Notes under the pieces: model-generated | Told to the model about the DNA's origin: nothing | The model's input: the letters and a program-made list of their open reading frames with translations, nothing else | Database searches by the model: none | Shown here: one piece after another, positions 38,126-47,274 of the stretch | Layout of the letters: every line of letters begins with the position of its first letter | How positions within the stretch are numbered: the stretch's first letter is position 1 | Translations under genes and position numbers: made by a program | From: Sphingobacteriales bacterium | GTDB lineage: Bacteria > Bacteroidota > Bacteroidia > Sphingobacteriales > Sphingobacteriaceae | Direction: 5' to 3' | Assembly: GCA_047635375.1 (NCBI GenBank) | Contig: JBLIKP010000001.1 | Coordinates: 7,115-71,114 of the forward strand | DNA length: 64,000 nt

Positions 38126-38764
38126 CTAGACCGATTTTTTCTTAAAAAGATTAGCTTTCGACTCCTCTCCCCTTAATAATCTTTCGATATTTTTTTGATG
38201 GGTGAGAATCACAAGTATGGCAATTGCAATACCAAAGATGATTAAAGACTTTATAGTGGTATGGTAAACAAAGACGATTAAAAATGGGAAAGCTACACTT
38301 CCCAAAATTGAGCCTAAAGAGACGTATTTAGTAATTAGAAGGATAACAATAAAAATTAAAATACAAATCCCTGCTGCTGGAGGGTGAACTGCTAGCACCA
38401 TTCCTAGAAGTGTTGCAATTCCTTTTCCGCCTCGAAATCCTGCGAATACTGGGAATAGGTGACCTAGAATTGCAGCAATACCATAAGCAAGCTGGGTATT
38501 TACAAATTGCTCAGTGCTTGGAACTAGGGTGGTGATGAATAAAACTAAGGAAGTGGCCGAAAATCCTTTTAAGATGTCAATTATTAAAACGGGTATGCCT
38601 GCCTTTTTCCCTAAAATCCTAAAAGTATTTGTTGCTCCAGCATTTCCACTACCGTATTCTCTAATATCAATCCCATAAAATTTCTTCCCAATTATCACGC
38701 TAGTTGGCATGGAACCTAATAGATAGGCTACAATTAAAAACAATATGGATTCTAAGTTTATCAA
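38126..38764 (-). CDS. plsY: glycerol-3-phosphate acyltransferase PlsY
   Basis: 212 aa. Contains GSGNAGATN and FRGGKGIAT, with five TM helices. Confidence 0.93.
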   Translation of the reverse strand: MINLESILFLIVAYLLGSMPTSVIIGKKFYGIDIREYGSGNAGATNTFRILGKKAGIPVLIIDILKGFSATSLVLFITTLVPSTEQFVNTQLAYGIAAILGHLFPVFAGFRGGKGIATLLGMVLAVHPPAAGICILIFIVILLITKYVSLGSILGSVAFPFLIVFVYHTTIKSLIIFGIAIAILVILTHQKNIERLLRGEESKANLFKKKSV

Positions 38765-38780
38765 GTGGGTTTAACATTAA

Positions 38781-38819
38781 AGCTCCTCAAGCTAATTGTT
38801 AAATTTAGTTTGAGGAGCT
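38781..38819 (-). terminator. long-loop hairpin between the 1,465-aa gene and plsY (weak terminator/attenuator)
   Basis: 10-bp stem agctcctcaa (38781-38790) / ttgaggagct (38810-38819) with a 19-nt loop. The minus-strand tail ttaatgtt is only moderately U-rich. Confidence 0.35.
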
Positions 38820-38840
38820 CAAAAATAGTCTTCCAAATCA

Positions 38841-41800
38841 TTAATCCAAAATCGGAAACTTCCTAAGGAAGTCAGATTTCTTTCTTCCGGTAGCCACAGA
38901 GAATGGTTTGTCGGATTTTGTTTTGTCTAAAACAGCTTGATTAAAGTCTTCATTTGATGAGTAAGCCTCCATTAAACCCTTATAAAAGCTGAAGTAATAC
39001 CAATTTTCAATTGGAGACTCTAGGTAGAAACTAATCTTTGGGGCACCTCTTTTTATTTCTATTACAACTTTCCCTTTTATTCGACGATTTATCAATTTAT
39101 CTTGAACTACTCCTAAACCGATGATTCCTTCAGAAACATAAGCCTTGGCAGTTTGGTCCCAAACGAAATTCAGTCTGTTAAAAAACAGGCTATGCTCTAG
39201 CGCTTTAATCATTTTGAAATTGCCATAAAGCTTAACGTCTTCAATGATAGTTTTGGCTTCTTTTTCAGGTAGCATTTCAGAAATACCATGGACAAAAACA
39301 TCCCTGTCATTAATCACAACGTCACTATTTAAAAGGTCAATTTCAAGTTGATCTTTCATTATTTCCAATGCCTTTTTTGGGAAATCAAAGTCAAACGCCA
39401 TAAGGATATCCAAAAAGAATGTCTCCTCAAATAAGTCGTTGGTTATGGTTCCTACAGTTTTTACTTTCGGTAAATCGTCAATAGGATTTAGCTCGATACC
39501 TATGTCAAGGACTCCTTCGGCGAAAATCTCCTCTCTTCTATCGTCGAAAGAAAGGTAATTTCCTTTGTTTCCAGTATTGAAGAGTTTTGTTTCGCTTCCG
39601 ATTTTGAAAATCTGATCGTCCTCGTCGAAAAGCATTTGCCCTTCAACTTTTATTATATCATGATCATTCGGTTCGACCTTTTGGCTAACAAAAGTTCCAT
39701 AAAGTCCGCCTGTCATATTGTTAATGTGAAAACCCGTGAATAGTCGTTTCTTATTAATATCACGTGGATCTGAAATAGTTGTAACAAGGGAGTCAGGATT
39801 TACTTCTGCAGCAAAGCTGAAGAACTCCGATTTTATTCGAGTGCTTTGTTGATCAAGTTTTGCATAGCCTTCGTAATTCATGTACTTGTCTTCTGCCTTT
39901 AAAACAACCTCACCCTTAAATAAGATTCTTGGATTTAAAACGAATGTGGTTGTGTCGGCGATTCGGCCTCGAGCCTGAGTTCTACCAGCAGTATCTACCA
40001 AAATACGTTCGAACTTGAATTTTTCAATAGCGCCTCCCTTACTCACATATTCGTATTCTCCTGACCCAGAGAATTTGTTTTTCCCGGTAATGTTCAGGTT
40101 GGCGTTGAAAATTTCGTGGAAACGGGTATCAGTATTGGCGATAATTCGGGCATTTTTTAGTAGTCCAAGTTTTCCGCCTTCAGCGATGTAGGCTTCGTTT
40201 TTGTCAGGGATGATTTCAACATCAGCAACAAAAATATTTGGGACATTACTCACCCCAATAGCCGAGCTATCTAGGAAGAATTTGGCAGTTTCTGATGCAA
40301 AAACTAAAGAATCTTGTTTTGGATCTGTCGATCTAAAGCTTAACTCCTCAGTAACTTGCCCTAGAGCCGCGCTAAATTCCATTTCCTTTTTCTTGATATC
40401 CCAAGTAAATCTGTTTAGTGAACCAACATATTTATTATTTGGGTATTCAATGTTGTACCCGAATAAATTTGATTCAAATTTACCTTGCATTGTTCCGAAA
40501 TCAACTTCACTTTTAATGTTGTTCGCGGCAAGTAAATGTTTGGTGCTATCCTGGTTGTAAACGTTCATATTCGAAGTGTCGGCTCGGAAGCTGTTTTCTT
40601 TTAATAAAAAGCTTCTTGAGGCTACCTGAGCATTGTTAAATCCAATCTTTCCACTTCCGTAAAGGTTGGCTGGAGTGTAAAGTATTGAGCCTTCATAGGT
40701 CGCTTTGTCACCGTAAATATCAAATGCTGTAGTTTTTTGGTCAATCCTCATACTGTCGGCATAGGGTTCCCAGTGCATGTATGAGCCTTCGGATACCACT
40801 CCCGGATAGGATGCAGCCCCAAACGGCCCTTTCTTTATTTCATACCTGTCGATGTCTGCCTTTACACTATCTAAAAGGAAAAGGATGTTCTGTGATTGAC
40901 CCTTGGATGAGAGGTATGTGATGTCTCCCTGTCCAAATAATCCATGCTGACTTAAGTTAATATTTCCCTCATAGTTTCCTTTTCCCTTGTAAAGCGGATA
41001 CCCCCCTTGAGGAGTGGGGGAAATGAATCCTAACGAGGTATCACTCTGTAATGAAAGTACTTCTTTCAAGTCAGGAAAAATCCCCCCAGAATAAAATATC
41101 CCTGGAAATGCAAGTCCGTTTGTTGAGGTTAATGCATCTAAACTATCCAGTTGGAAAGGAATTACCCTGAAAAAGAATCGGTCCCGGTCGTAGTTACTTT
41201 GCTGAATGTTCGGGTAATCGTAGTATACAAAGGATTCTTTTTGACTATCAAATAATGGATATTGTGGATAATCTTTTAATCCAGATTTATTGTCCTTGTC
41301 ATCAATGTAAAGGTCACCGTTAATGTTTTGAAGTACAGTTTCTACATCAATTAATTGACGGGCCCCTTGGGCGTCAGATGTTCCTATTACCTTGATTTTT
41401 AAGGAGTCAATATTTTGAAGGGCAATTTTGAAATTTTCATAATCAAATGTAAATCCCTTTCCATAGAAATCCAGTGTTCCCGCATGAACCTGACCACCGA
41501 ATAACATGTTTCTGTTCCCCATAACGGTTAACGTTCGGCCATAAGGCACAACATAAACCGACTGGCTATCTGACATGGTTATTTGACGCACTCCGTTAAT
41601 TACTAGGTTGTAATTTTTCATGTTTAGGTAGGCGTTCGCCGAGTCAGTTCGTGAGCGAATTCTTAGTATGTCATAGTCCACATTACCGGCGTTATTTTGG
41701 ACGTAGTTAATTGCTTTATCTTTAACTGTAATTAAGTCAAAATCTTCATCGAAATAAATAAATCCGCCCTCCACAAGCTTTCTTAATTGTCCGCGTACCT

Positions 41801-43238
41801 GATCGACAGTTAAATTTCTTCGTGCAGCATAGTCCTTGGCAAAAATCGGTTTTTCTTTAAATGCACGTTTAAGCATCATGATTTCAACAAGTGGATTATA
41901 GGATTGTAACCCCTGTGTTTTGTTGAAAATTTGTTGACGATAATAATTTGTAGACTCGAAGTATGCTTCTGGTTTGTTTTGGGAAATTATTTGACCAAGC
42001 TCGGCGGTACGCGTGTCAATGTTCCAGTTTAGTGTTTCAATATCAATGGCCATTTCATGAAAGGAGTCAAAAAACAGAGTGTTTCTAATTCCTGTTCCTT
42101 GGCGGATAAGCGAAATTGTGCGGGTATCCGCTAAAAACTTAATGGATACTTTTGGGTGGTAAAGAGAGTCACCTCCAAGGTAAAAGCTCACTTCAGATTC
42201 TTCCGCCGATATTCTATCGCTGTAAAAAACATACGCTTTGGAATAGGTGCGGAGGGCAAGTGTGTCACCGGTGTAGAAGTTTAATTTCGCATCAGCACCT
42301 TCTTCCCCAAAGCCAATAAATCTCCCCCCCGACATTTTTAGACCACCTTCATAGTTAATATTCTTGAAGATGTCGTCTTTTTTTATGGTCTTTTCGTAGG
42401 ATGTAAATTTTGGATAGGTAGCGTTTTCTGGCTTATAATTGGTCGTAAGCTTATCCTCAAAATCACCCATTAATGGCCTTTCAAGGAGTGTTTTATAATG
42501 AAAAGTAACACTGTCGGCATTGAAATTGGCGTTACTCATATTTATTTGATAGTCGTTGATTTCGGCATAAACCTGAGTGGAATCAAGTCCACCACGAGCC
42601 CAGTTTACTGTTCCGCCTTGACCATACCAATATCTTCTCAATGGGTGGTATTCACCTGTGGTTTTGTAAATCCCAGTGCGGTCGTTTCGCGCGATGCAGA
42701 TAATATCTGCATCTTCGCAAATTATTTTTGCCGTTGTGTCATAAACAAACTCAAAAGTCCTATCGGTTAAGTACCATTTTGTCCCTGTTTTATCACTTAG
42801 TGATAAATCTCTGAAAAAGTCTTTGGTGATTTCAACGTAATTTGAAAGATCTCTAGAACTACCGGCTTTAAATAAGCTGTCCAAAGTCGCTTGCCACTCC
42901 TTAAAATCGTTTGGCTCAAAGGCGTTGTTTGTGAAATTAATAAGGGCTTGATAATACATGGCGAAATCACTTGCCAGAAACCTGGTAGTGATTAGGTTGT
43001 TCGAAAAACGCATGATGTCATCTTCCTGATCATTGGTGAATGATTTTAATTCCCAAAGTTCAGCGAATTTCTTTGCTACTTTCTCTCCATCTTTGTTTTG
43101 CTCCTTTTTGAAGTATTTTTTTACATCATCCTGAAATTCAAGAGGGTCGGTTTTGAATTTAAACTCCTTTCGTTGAGCGGAGGAAACTTGAATCAAGCAA
43201 AAACTGACAAATAGTAGGGTAGCAATTCTTTTCAGCAT
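38841..43238 (-). CDS. 1,465-aa secreted hypothetical protein, no recognisable domain and no T9SS CTD
   Basis: Single uninterrupted ORF. Signal peptide MLKRIATLLFVSFCLIQVSSAQ. It starts 18 nt downstream of prmA. Beta-rich composition with no internal repeats seen. Confidence 0.8.
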   Translation of the reverse strand: MLKRIATLLFVSFCLIQVSSAQRKEFKFKTDPLEFQDDVKKYFKKEQNKDGEKVAKKFAELWELKSFTNDQEDDIMRFSNNLITTRFLASDFAMYYQALINFTNNAFEPNDFKEWQATLDSLFKAGSSRDLSNYVEITKDFFRDLSLSDKTGTKWYLTDRTFEFVYDTTAKIICEDADIICIARNDRTGIYKTTGEYHPLRRYWYGQGGTVNWARGGLDSTQVYAEINDYQINMSNANFNADSVTFHYKTLLERPLMGDFEDKLTTNYKPENATYPKFTSYEKTIKKDDIFKNINYEGGLKMSGGRFIGFGEEGADAKLNFYTGDTLALRTYSKAYVFYSDRISAEESEVSFYLGGDSLYHPKVSIKFLADTRTISLIRQGTGIRNTLFFDSFHEMAIDIETLNWNIDTRTAELGQIISQNKPEAYFESTNYYRQQIFNKTQGLQSYNPLVEIMMLKRAFKEKPIFAKDYAARRNLTVDQVRGQLRKLVEGGFIYFDEDFDLITVKDKAINYVQNNAGNVDYDILRIRSRTDSANAYLNMKNYNLVINGVRQITMSDSQSVYVVPYGRTLTVMGNRNMLFGGQVHAGTLDFYGKGFTFDYENFKIALQNIDSLKIKVIGTSDAQGARQLIDVETVLQNINGDLYIDDKDNKSGLKDYPQYPLFDSQKESFVYYDYPNIQQSNYDRDRFFFRVIPFQLDSLDALTSTNGLAFPGIFYSGGIFPDLKEVLSLQSDTSLGFISPTPQGGYPLYKGKGNYEGNINLSQHGLFGQGDITYLSSKGQSQNILFLLDSVKADIDRYEIKKGPFGAASYPGVVSEGSYMHWEPYADSMRIDQKTTAFDIYGDKATYEGSILYTPANLYGSGKIGFNNAQVASRSFLLKENSFRADTSNMNVYNQDSTKHLLAANNIKSEVDFGTMQGKFESNLFGYNIEYPNNKYVGSLNRFTWDIKKKEMEFSAALGQVTEELSFRSTDPKQDSLVFASETAKFFLDSSAIGVSNVPNIFVADVEIIPDKNEAYIAEGGKLGLLKNARIIANTDTRFHEIFNANLNITGKNKFSGSGEYEYVSKGGAIEKFKFERILVDTAGRTQARGRIADTTTFVLNPRILFKGEVVLKAEDKYMNYEGYAKLDQQSTRIKSEFFSFAAEVNPDSLVTTISDPRDINKKRLFTGFHINNMTGGLYGTFVSQKVEPNDHDIIKVEGQMLFDEDDQIFKIGSETKLFNTGNKGNYLSFDDRREEIFAEGVLDIGIELNPIDDLPKVKTVGTITNDLFEETFFLDILMAFDFDFPKKALEIMKDQLEIDLLNSDVVINDRDVFVHGISEMLPEKEAKTIIEDVKLYGNFKMIKALEHSLFFNRLNFVWDQTAKAYVSEGIIGLGVVQDKLINRRIKGKVVIEIKRGAPKISFYLESPIENWYYFSFYKGLMEAYSSNEDFNQAVLDKTKSDKPFSVATGRKKSDFLRKFPILD

Positions 43239-43256
43239 ATTATGTCTTTTAATTGA

Positions 43257-44099
43257 TTACCGAGAAAATTCGGCGGCAATCCATTCTTTTAATTCTTTAA
43301 CTTTTGAGATCGATAAATTGTACTTTTTGGACTCTTTTTCAATCATTTGAAGGTCATTATTGTAAAACCCACTTAGGAATAATAATCCTCCATCAGCCAA
43401 AAGATTGGCGTACATATCCATCTCCGAAAGGAGAATATTACGGTTTATATTTGCAAGCACAATATCAAACTTTTCCACAGGTATGTCAGCTACAGTGCCA
43501 CAATAGACTTTGTCGACTTTAACATCATTTTTCGTGAAATTTTGTTCGGTAACTAAGGCAGCGTTTTCTTCAATATCAGCGGCAACTATATAGCTCGCGC
43601 CTAGCTTTGCTGCCATCACTCCTAAAATTCCTGTTCCGCAGCCTAGGTCGATCACCTTTTTGCCTTTTAGATTTCCTTCAATAAGATGTTCCATCATTAA
43701 AGAAGTTGTTTGATGGTGCCCGGTCCCGAACGCCATTTCTGGGTTAATCACAAGTTCATTGGGGTAACTTGGGTCTTTTTCGTGAAAGGGGGCGCGCACC
43801 CTCCAGTTTTTTACGGTAATAGGGCTGAAATTACTTTCCCATACTTCGTTCCAGTTTTTTGGCTGAATAAGGGATTCAGAAACTTTTAGGCTTCCGCCGA
43901 AAGGCAATTTGCTTAGAACATTTTGAAGATTTTTCATGGTGAAACTTCCTTCTTGAAAAAAAGCTTTCACTCCATTCTCCGTTTCTTCGAACATGTCACC
44001 GCCTTCTGCGTCAAGCATGGCAACAACGATTTCACGCTCTTCGTCAGAGGAAATCCCTTCGATTAAGAATTGCGAGTAGGTTACATTTGTCAATCCCAT
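43257..44099 (-). CDS. prmA: ribosomal protein L11 methyltransferase
   Basis: 280 aa. Contains GTGHHQTT and the SAM loop DLGCGTGILG. Its ATG overlaps the tpiA stop by 1 nt. Confidence 0.93.
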   Translation of the reverse strand: MGLTNVTYSQFLIEGISSDEEREIVVAMLDAEGGDMFEETENGVKAFFQEGSFTMKNLQNVLSKLPFGGSLKVSESLIQPKNWNEVWESNFSPITVKNWRVRAPFHEKDPSYPNELVINPEMAFGTGHHQTTSLMMEHLIEGNLKGKKVIDLGCGTGILGVMAAKLGASYIVAADIEENAALVTEQNFTKNDVKVDKVYCGTVADIPVEKFDIVLANINRNILLSEMDMYANLLADGGLLFLSGFYNNDLQMIEKESKKYNLSISKVKELKEWIAAEFSR

Positions 44100-44896
44100 T
44101 AGGCGTTTTGCGTTGCTTTAACTGAATTTGAAAGTTCTTTGGCGATGGTGATAAATTCTTTAGACTTAAGTGCCGCTCCACCAATTAGTCCGCCATCTAC
44201 ATCCGCCATGGCGAAAATCTCGGCGGCATTATCGGGCTTACAGCTTCCGCCGTATAAAATAGAGGTGTTGTTTGCCGTGGTTGGATCATACAAGTTTGCA
44301 ATGCTTTCACGGATAAACATATGAACCTCCTGAGCTTGTTTTGGACTTGCGGTTTTACCCGTTCCAATAGCCCAGATTGGTTCATAGGCCAAAACTATAC
44401 TCTTCATTTGGTCAGCGCTAATTCCGGAAAGACCTTCTTTTATTTGTTTTCCTATAATTTCCTTGAAAGCGCCTGATTCTCTTTGAGATAATGACTCGCC
44501 CACACATAAAATAGGTAGTAACCCCGCTGCATTAGCGATCTTTACTTTTTCATTTACTGTTTGATTGGTTTCTCCGAAAAATTCTCGTCGTTCAGAGTGG
44601 CCTAGGATTACATATTTGCAGCCAACAGATTTAAGCATGCCTGCCGAAATTTCACCCGTAAACGCGCCCGATTCGGATGAGTGGCAGTTCTGCGCACCCA
44701 ATGAAACACTTGAGTTATTTGGCTCAATCATGGCCGCGACAGTCCTTGTGAAGAGGAACGGTGGCGCAAGCATTACTTCTACATGTTCGTAGGAGTTTTG
44801 GTAAATCATATGAATAACCTCTGAAGCGAGCTTTTGAGCTTCGTCAAGATTATTGTTCATTTTCCAGTTTCCGGCAACAATAAATTTTCTTGGCAT
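44099..44896 (-). CDS. tpiA: triosephosphate isomerase
   Basis: The ORF-track start at 44926 is trimmed to ATG 44896 (MPRKFIVAGNWKMN). Contains ILGHSERR and AYEPIWAIGTG. Confidence 0.95.
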   Translation of the reverse strand: MPRKFIVAGNWKMNNNLDEAQKLASEVIHMIYQNSYEHVEVMLAPPFLFTRTVAAMIEPNNSSVSLGAQNCHSSESGAFTGEISAGMLKSVGCKYVILGHSERREFFGETNQTVNEKVKIANAAGLLPILCVGESLSQRESGAFKEIIGKQIKEGLSGISADQMKSIVLAYEPIWAIGTGKTASPKQAQEVHMFIRESIANLYDPTTANNTSILYGGSCKPDNAAEIFAMADVDGGLIGGAALKSKEFITIAKELSNSVKATQNA

Positions 44897-44907
44897 AATT
44901 ATGTCTT

Positions 44908-46113
44908 TTATGTGGTTGCTTCCCACACTCTATCAGCTTTGTTTTGTTCAAAAATGTGATTAAAAACTGCTTCGTCGTCAGCGGTAAATTCAATTTTCCT
45001 GCGGGACATTACGATTTTTGCAACCTCAATTGCTTTTTTTGGTAAATAAGTGTTGAAGCCAGAGGCTCCTCCCCAAGAAAAGTCAGGAACGAAATTTCTT
45101 GGAAATCCGCTACCGAAAATATTGGAGCTAAAACCAACCACAGTACCCGTATTAAACATGGTGTTAATTCCACATTTACTATGGTCACCCATGATTAACC
45201 CGCAAAATTGAAGACCTGTTTTAGCAAACCCCTTTCTTTTATAATTCCAAAGTTTCACTTCGGTGTAATTGTTCTTTAAGTTAGAATTGTTGGTGTCGGC
45301 ACCAATGTTGCACCATTCCCCTAAAACACTATTTCCTAGAAAGCCATCATGGCCCTTGTTTGAATACCCAAAGATAACCACGTTATTTAATTCTCCCCCA
45401 ACTTTTGAATGAGGTCCCACGGTCGTTGGCCCGTAAATTTTTGTATCTAACTTGGTTGAGGAGTGATCGCAAAGAGCAAAGGGCCCTCTAATTTTTGATC
45501 CTTCCATTACTTCAGCATCTTTTCCTATATAAATTGACCCGTTCTGGGTATTTAAAATGGAAGCATTTACTGTTGCTCCAGGCTCAATGAATAACTTGCT
45601 CCTCTCGCCAAGTAAAATGTTATGTGAAAGTAAATCAGCCGATTCCCTTCCTTTTGTTAGTCTTTCAAAATCGGCTTCAATTGCTTCGCCATTAAAAGTA
45701 AAAATGTCGGGTAGCTGATTAATAATATGAACATCTCCACTGTAATCAACTCTTGATAGGGATGATAATTTATCATCTTCCCAAGGGAAAACGCCAAGAG
45801 TTGTTGTTTTAGCAGCCAAAGTTTCTTCCCCAGCCATTAAAACGGATTCTTCGGGCAGCGCTTCTATTGCTGAAAGAACAGCTGCATTGGGCGCAAGTCT
45901 TCCGTTTATATAAAGGGAAGCAGTGGATGAGTTCTGAGAATTATATTTTTCAGCAATTGGGGAGCGTGTTAAAAATACAGCCGTCCCTTTTAATTCATGC
46001 TCCCATTTCTCGGCAATTGTTAAAATGCCTAGTCTAAACGCACCTGTTGGGCGTGAAAGCGATAAGGGGAAAAGCTTATCGTATGATTTGTCGTCGTAGA
46101 GCCAAAATTCCAT
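44908..46113 (-). CDS. GlmU-like putative sugar-nucleotidyltransferase/acyltransferase with a left-handed beta-helix
   Basis: 401 aa. The N-terminus LFPLSLSRPTGAFRLG looks like a nucleotidyltransferase. The C-terminal half has hexapeptide-repeat character (IGADTNN..., GDHSKCGINT...). Confidence 0.6.
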   Translation of the reverse strand: MEFWLYDDKSYDKLFPLSLSRPTGAFRLGILTIAEKWEHELKGTAVFLTRSPIAEKYNSQNSSTASLYINGRLAPNAAVLSAIEALPEESVLMAGEETLAAKTTTLGVFPWEDDKLSSLSRVDYSGDVHIINQLPDIFTFNGEAIEADFERLTKGRESADLLSHNILLGERSKLFIEPGATVNASILNTQNGSIYIGKDAEVMEGSKIRGPFALCDHSSTKLDTKIYGPTTVGPHSKVGGELNNVVIFGYSNKGHDGFLGNSVLGEWCNIGADTNNSNLKNNYTEVKLWNYKRKGFAKTGLQFCGLIMGDHSKCGINTMFNTGTVVGFSSNIFGSGFPRNFVPDFSWGGASGFNTYLPKKAIEVAKIVMSRRKIEFTADDEAVFNHIFEQNKADRVWEATT

Positions 46114-46124
46114 AGCCCAAAAAT

Positions 46125-46155
46125 AAAAAAACCTCCATGGAGTGGAGGTTTTTTT
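46125..46155. terminator. bidirectional hairpin terminator after the L31 gene
   Basis: 7-bp stem acctcca (46131-46137) / tggaggt (46143-46149) with a 5-nt loop, flanked by an A-run and a T-run. Confidence 0.7.
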
Positions 46156-46182
46156 AAAATTATATTTTGATTCGAATGCGAA

Positions 46183-46455
46183 TTAATCTTCTTTAGGAGC
46201 AGAATCCTTACGTCCTTTGTAACGATTACGGAATTTATCAACACGTCCTGCAGTATCGATTAATTTCAGTTTTCCAGTATAGAAAGGGTGTGACATGTTT
46301 GAAATATCTAATTTTACTAAAGGGTATTCTTTTCCGTCAGTCCACTCGATTGTTTCTTTAGTAGCTACTGTTGAGCGAGTAATAAAGGAGTGATCACATG
46401 AAATATCTTTAAACACTATGAAACGGTAGTTCTCTGGATGTGTATTCGCTTTCAT
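46183..46455 (-). CDS. rpmE: 50S ribosomal protein L31, type B (non-zinc form)
   Basis: 90 aa. Begins [17 protein letters not shown] and contains SHPFYTGK. The CxxC zinc motifs are absent. Confidence 0.9.
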   Translation of the reverse strand: MKANTHPENYRFIVFKDISCDHSFITRSTVATKETIEWTDGKEYPLVKLDISNMSHPFYTGKLKLIDTAGRVDKFRNRYKGRKDSAPKED

Positions 46456-46483
46456 CTTATTGTCTTATTTTTAAATGAGTCTG

Positions 46484-46514
46484 CAAATATACGACGAAGA
46501 TATTAATTGACAAA
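46484..46514 (-). promoter_or_regulatory. Bacteroidetes-type promoter for the L31 gene (-33 TTTG, -7 TATATTTG)
   Basis: The minus strand reads cagTTTGtcaattaatatcttcgtcgTATATTTGcag. This is TTTG (complement of 46511-46514), a 19-nt spacer, then TAnnTTTG (complement of 46484-46491), about 28 nt upstream of the ATG. It matches the published Bacteroides -33/-7 consensus. Confidence 0.45.
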
Positions 46515-46554
46515 CTGTTAATAGGAAAAATATCATGTCGATTGCACAAATGTG

Positions 46555-47271
46555 TTATCTTTTTTCAATTGCCCCAGTTTTGGGGTTGTAAATAGGGACT
46601 ATAGCCCATTGATTTGGTGTTAGGCAGTAGTCCACGTCTCGCTCTATCTTTAAACGTTGTAAGCGCTTAAAATGTGACGAATGTTTCATAAAGCCTAGCA
46701 AGTTGGGTTTTGCAAGGTTGTAAAGGGTCTCAGCTCCTACACAGCTGTCGCAGAAAACTGTAAACTCCGTTTTCAACTTTTGATAAACCGCACCTGCAAA
46801 TGCAGTGTCTTCAAGATTGAATTTATTTTTCCACCCTGCGCAAAGCAAAACTACATCTTCCGATTTTTCACTTAAATATTTACAAACTGAGTCAAGGTTT
46901 ACAAAAGCTCCAATAATTATTTCTTTGGCATCCTTTGCTAGGTTTAAAGCTGCGGTTCCATTAGTGGTGGTCATCACAACCGACTTCCCATTGACTTCTT
47001 CTCCCATATAACTATAAGGAGAGTTACCCATATCGAACCCTTCAACCATGCTGCCGTCTCTTTCTGCGGAAAGTAGATAGCCCTTTCCGCGGTACGCTTC
47101 GCACTCCTCAACCTTGCTGACAGGAATGATTTCCTTCACCCCATTTGCCAAGCCTACGCATATGCTTGAAGTTGCACGCAGTACATCGATGACCACGACG
47201 ATTTTACCCGTTAGATCATAAAGGTTAATTAAAGCGGGAGTGAGGCAGACCTCAATACTTCTTTCTTGCAA
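46555..47271 (-). CDS. comB: 2-phosphosulfolactate phosphatase (ComB) family protein
   Basis: 238 aa. Contains VVIDVLRATSSI and TTTNGTAA, as I recall for the ComB family. Confidence 0.75.
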   Translation of the reverse strand: MQERSIEVCLTPALINLYDLTGKIVVVIDVLRATSSICVGLANGVKEIIPVSKVEECEAYRGKGYLLSAERDGSMVEGFDMGNSPYSYMGEEVNGKSVVMTTTNGTAALNLAKDAKEIIIGAFVNLDSVCKYLSEKSEDVVLLCAGWKNKFNLEDTAFAGAVYQKLKTEFTVFCDSCVGAETLYNLAKPNLLGFMKHSSHFKRLQRLKIERDVDYCLTPNQWAIVPIYNPKTGAIEKR

Positions 47272-47274
47272 ATT

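Noticed and set aside
38841-43238. Calling the 1,465-aa protein TamB/AsmA-like.
   Set aside because: The size and envelope context fit, but the N-terminus looks like a cleavable signal peptide rather than a membrane anchor, and I could not recognise a DUF490-type C-terminus by eye. I left it as hypothetical pending profile or structure searches.
46118-46125. A TATTTTTG (-7-box-like) sequence on the minus strand 4 nt upstream of the glmU-like ATG.
   Set aside because: It is part of the U-tract/A-tract of the bidirectional terminator at 46125-46155 and lies too close to the start codon to act as a normal promoter. It is probably coincidental.
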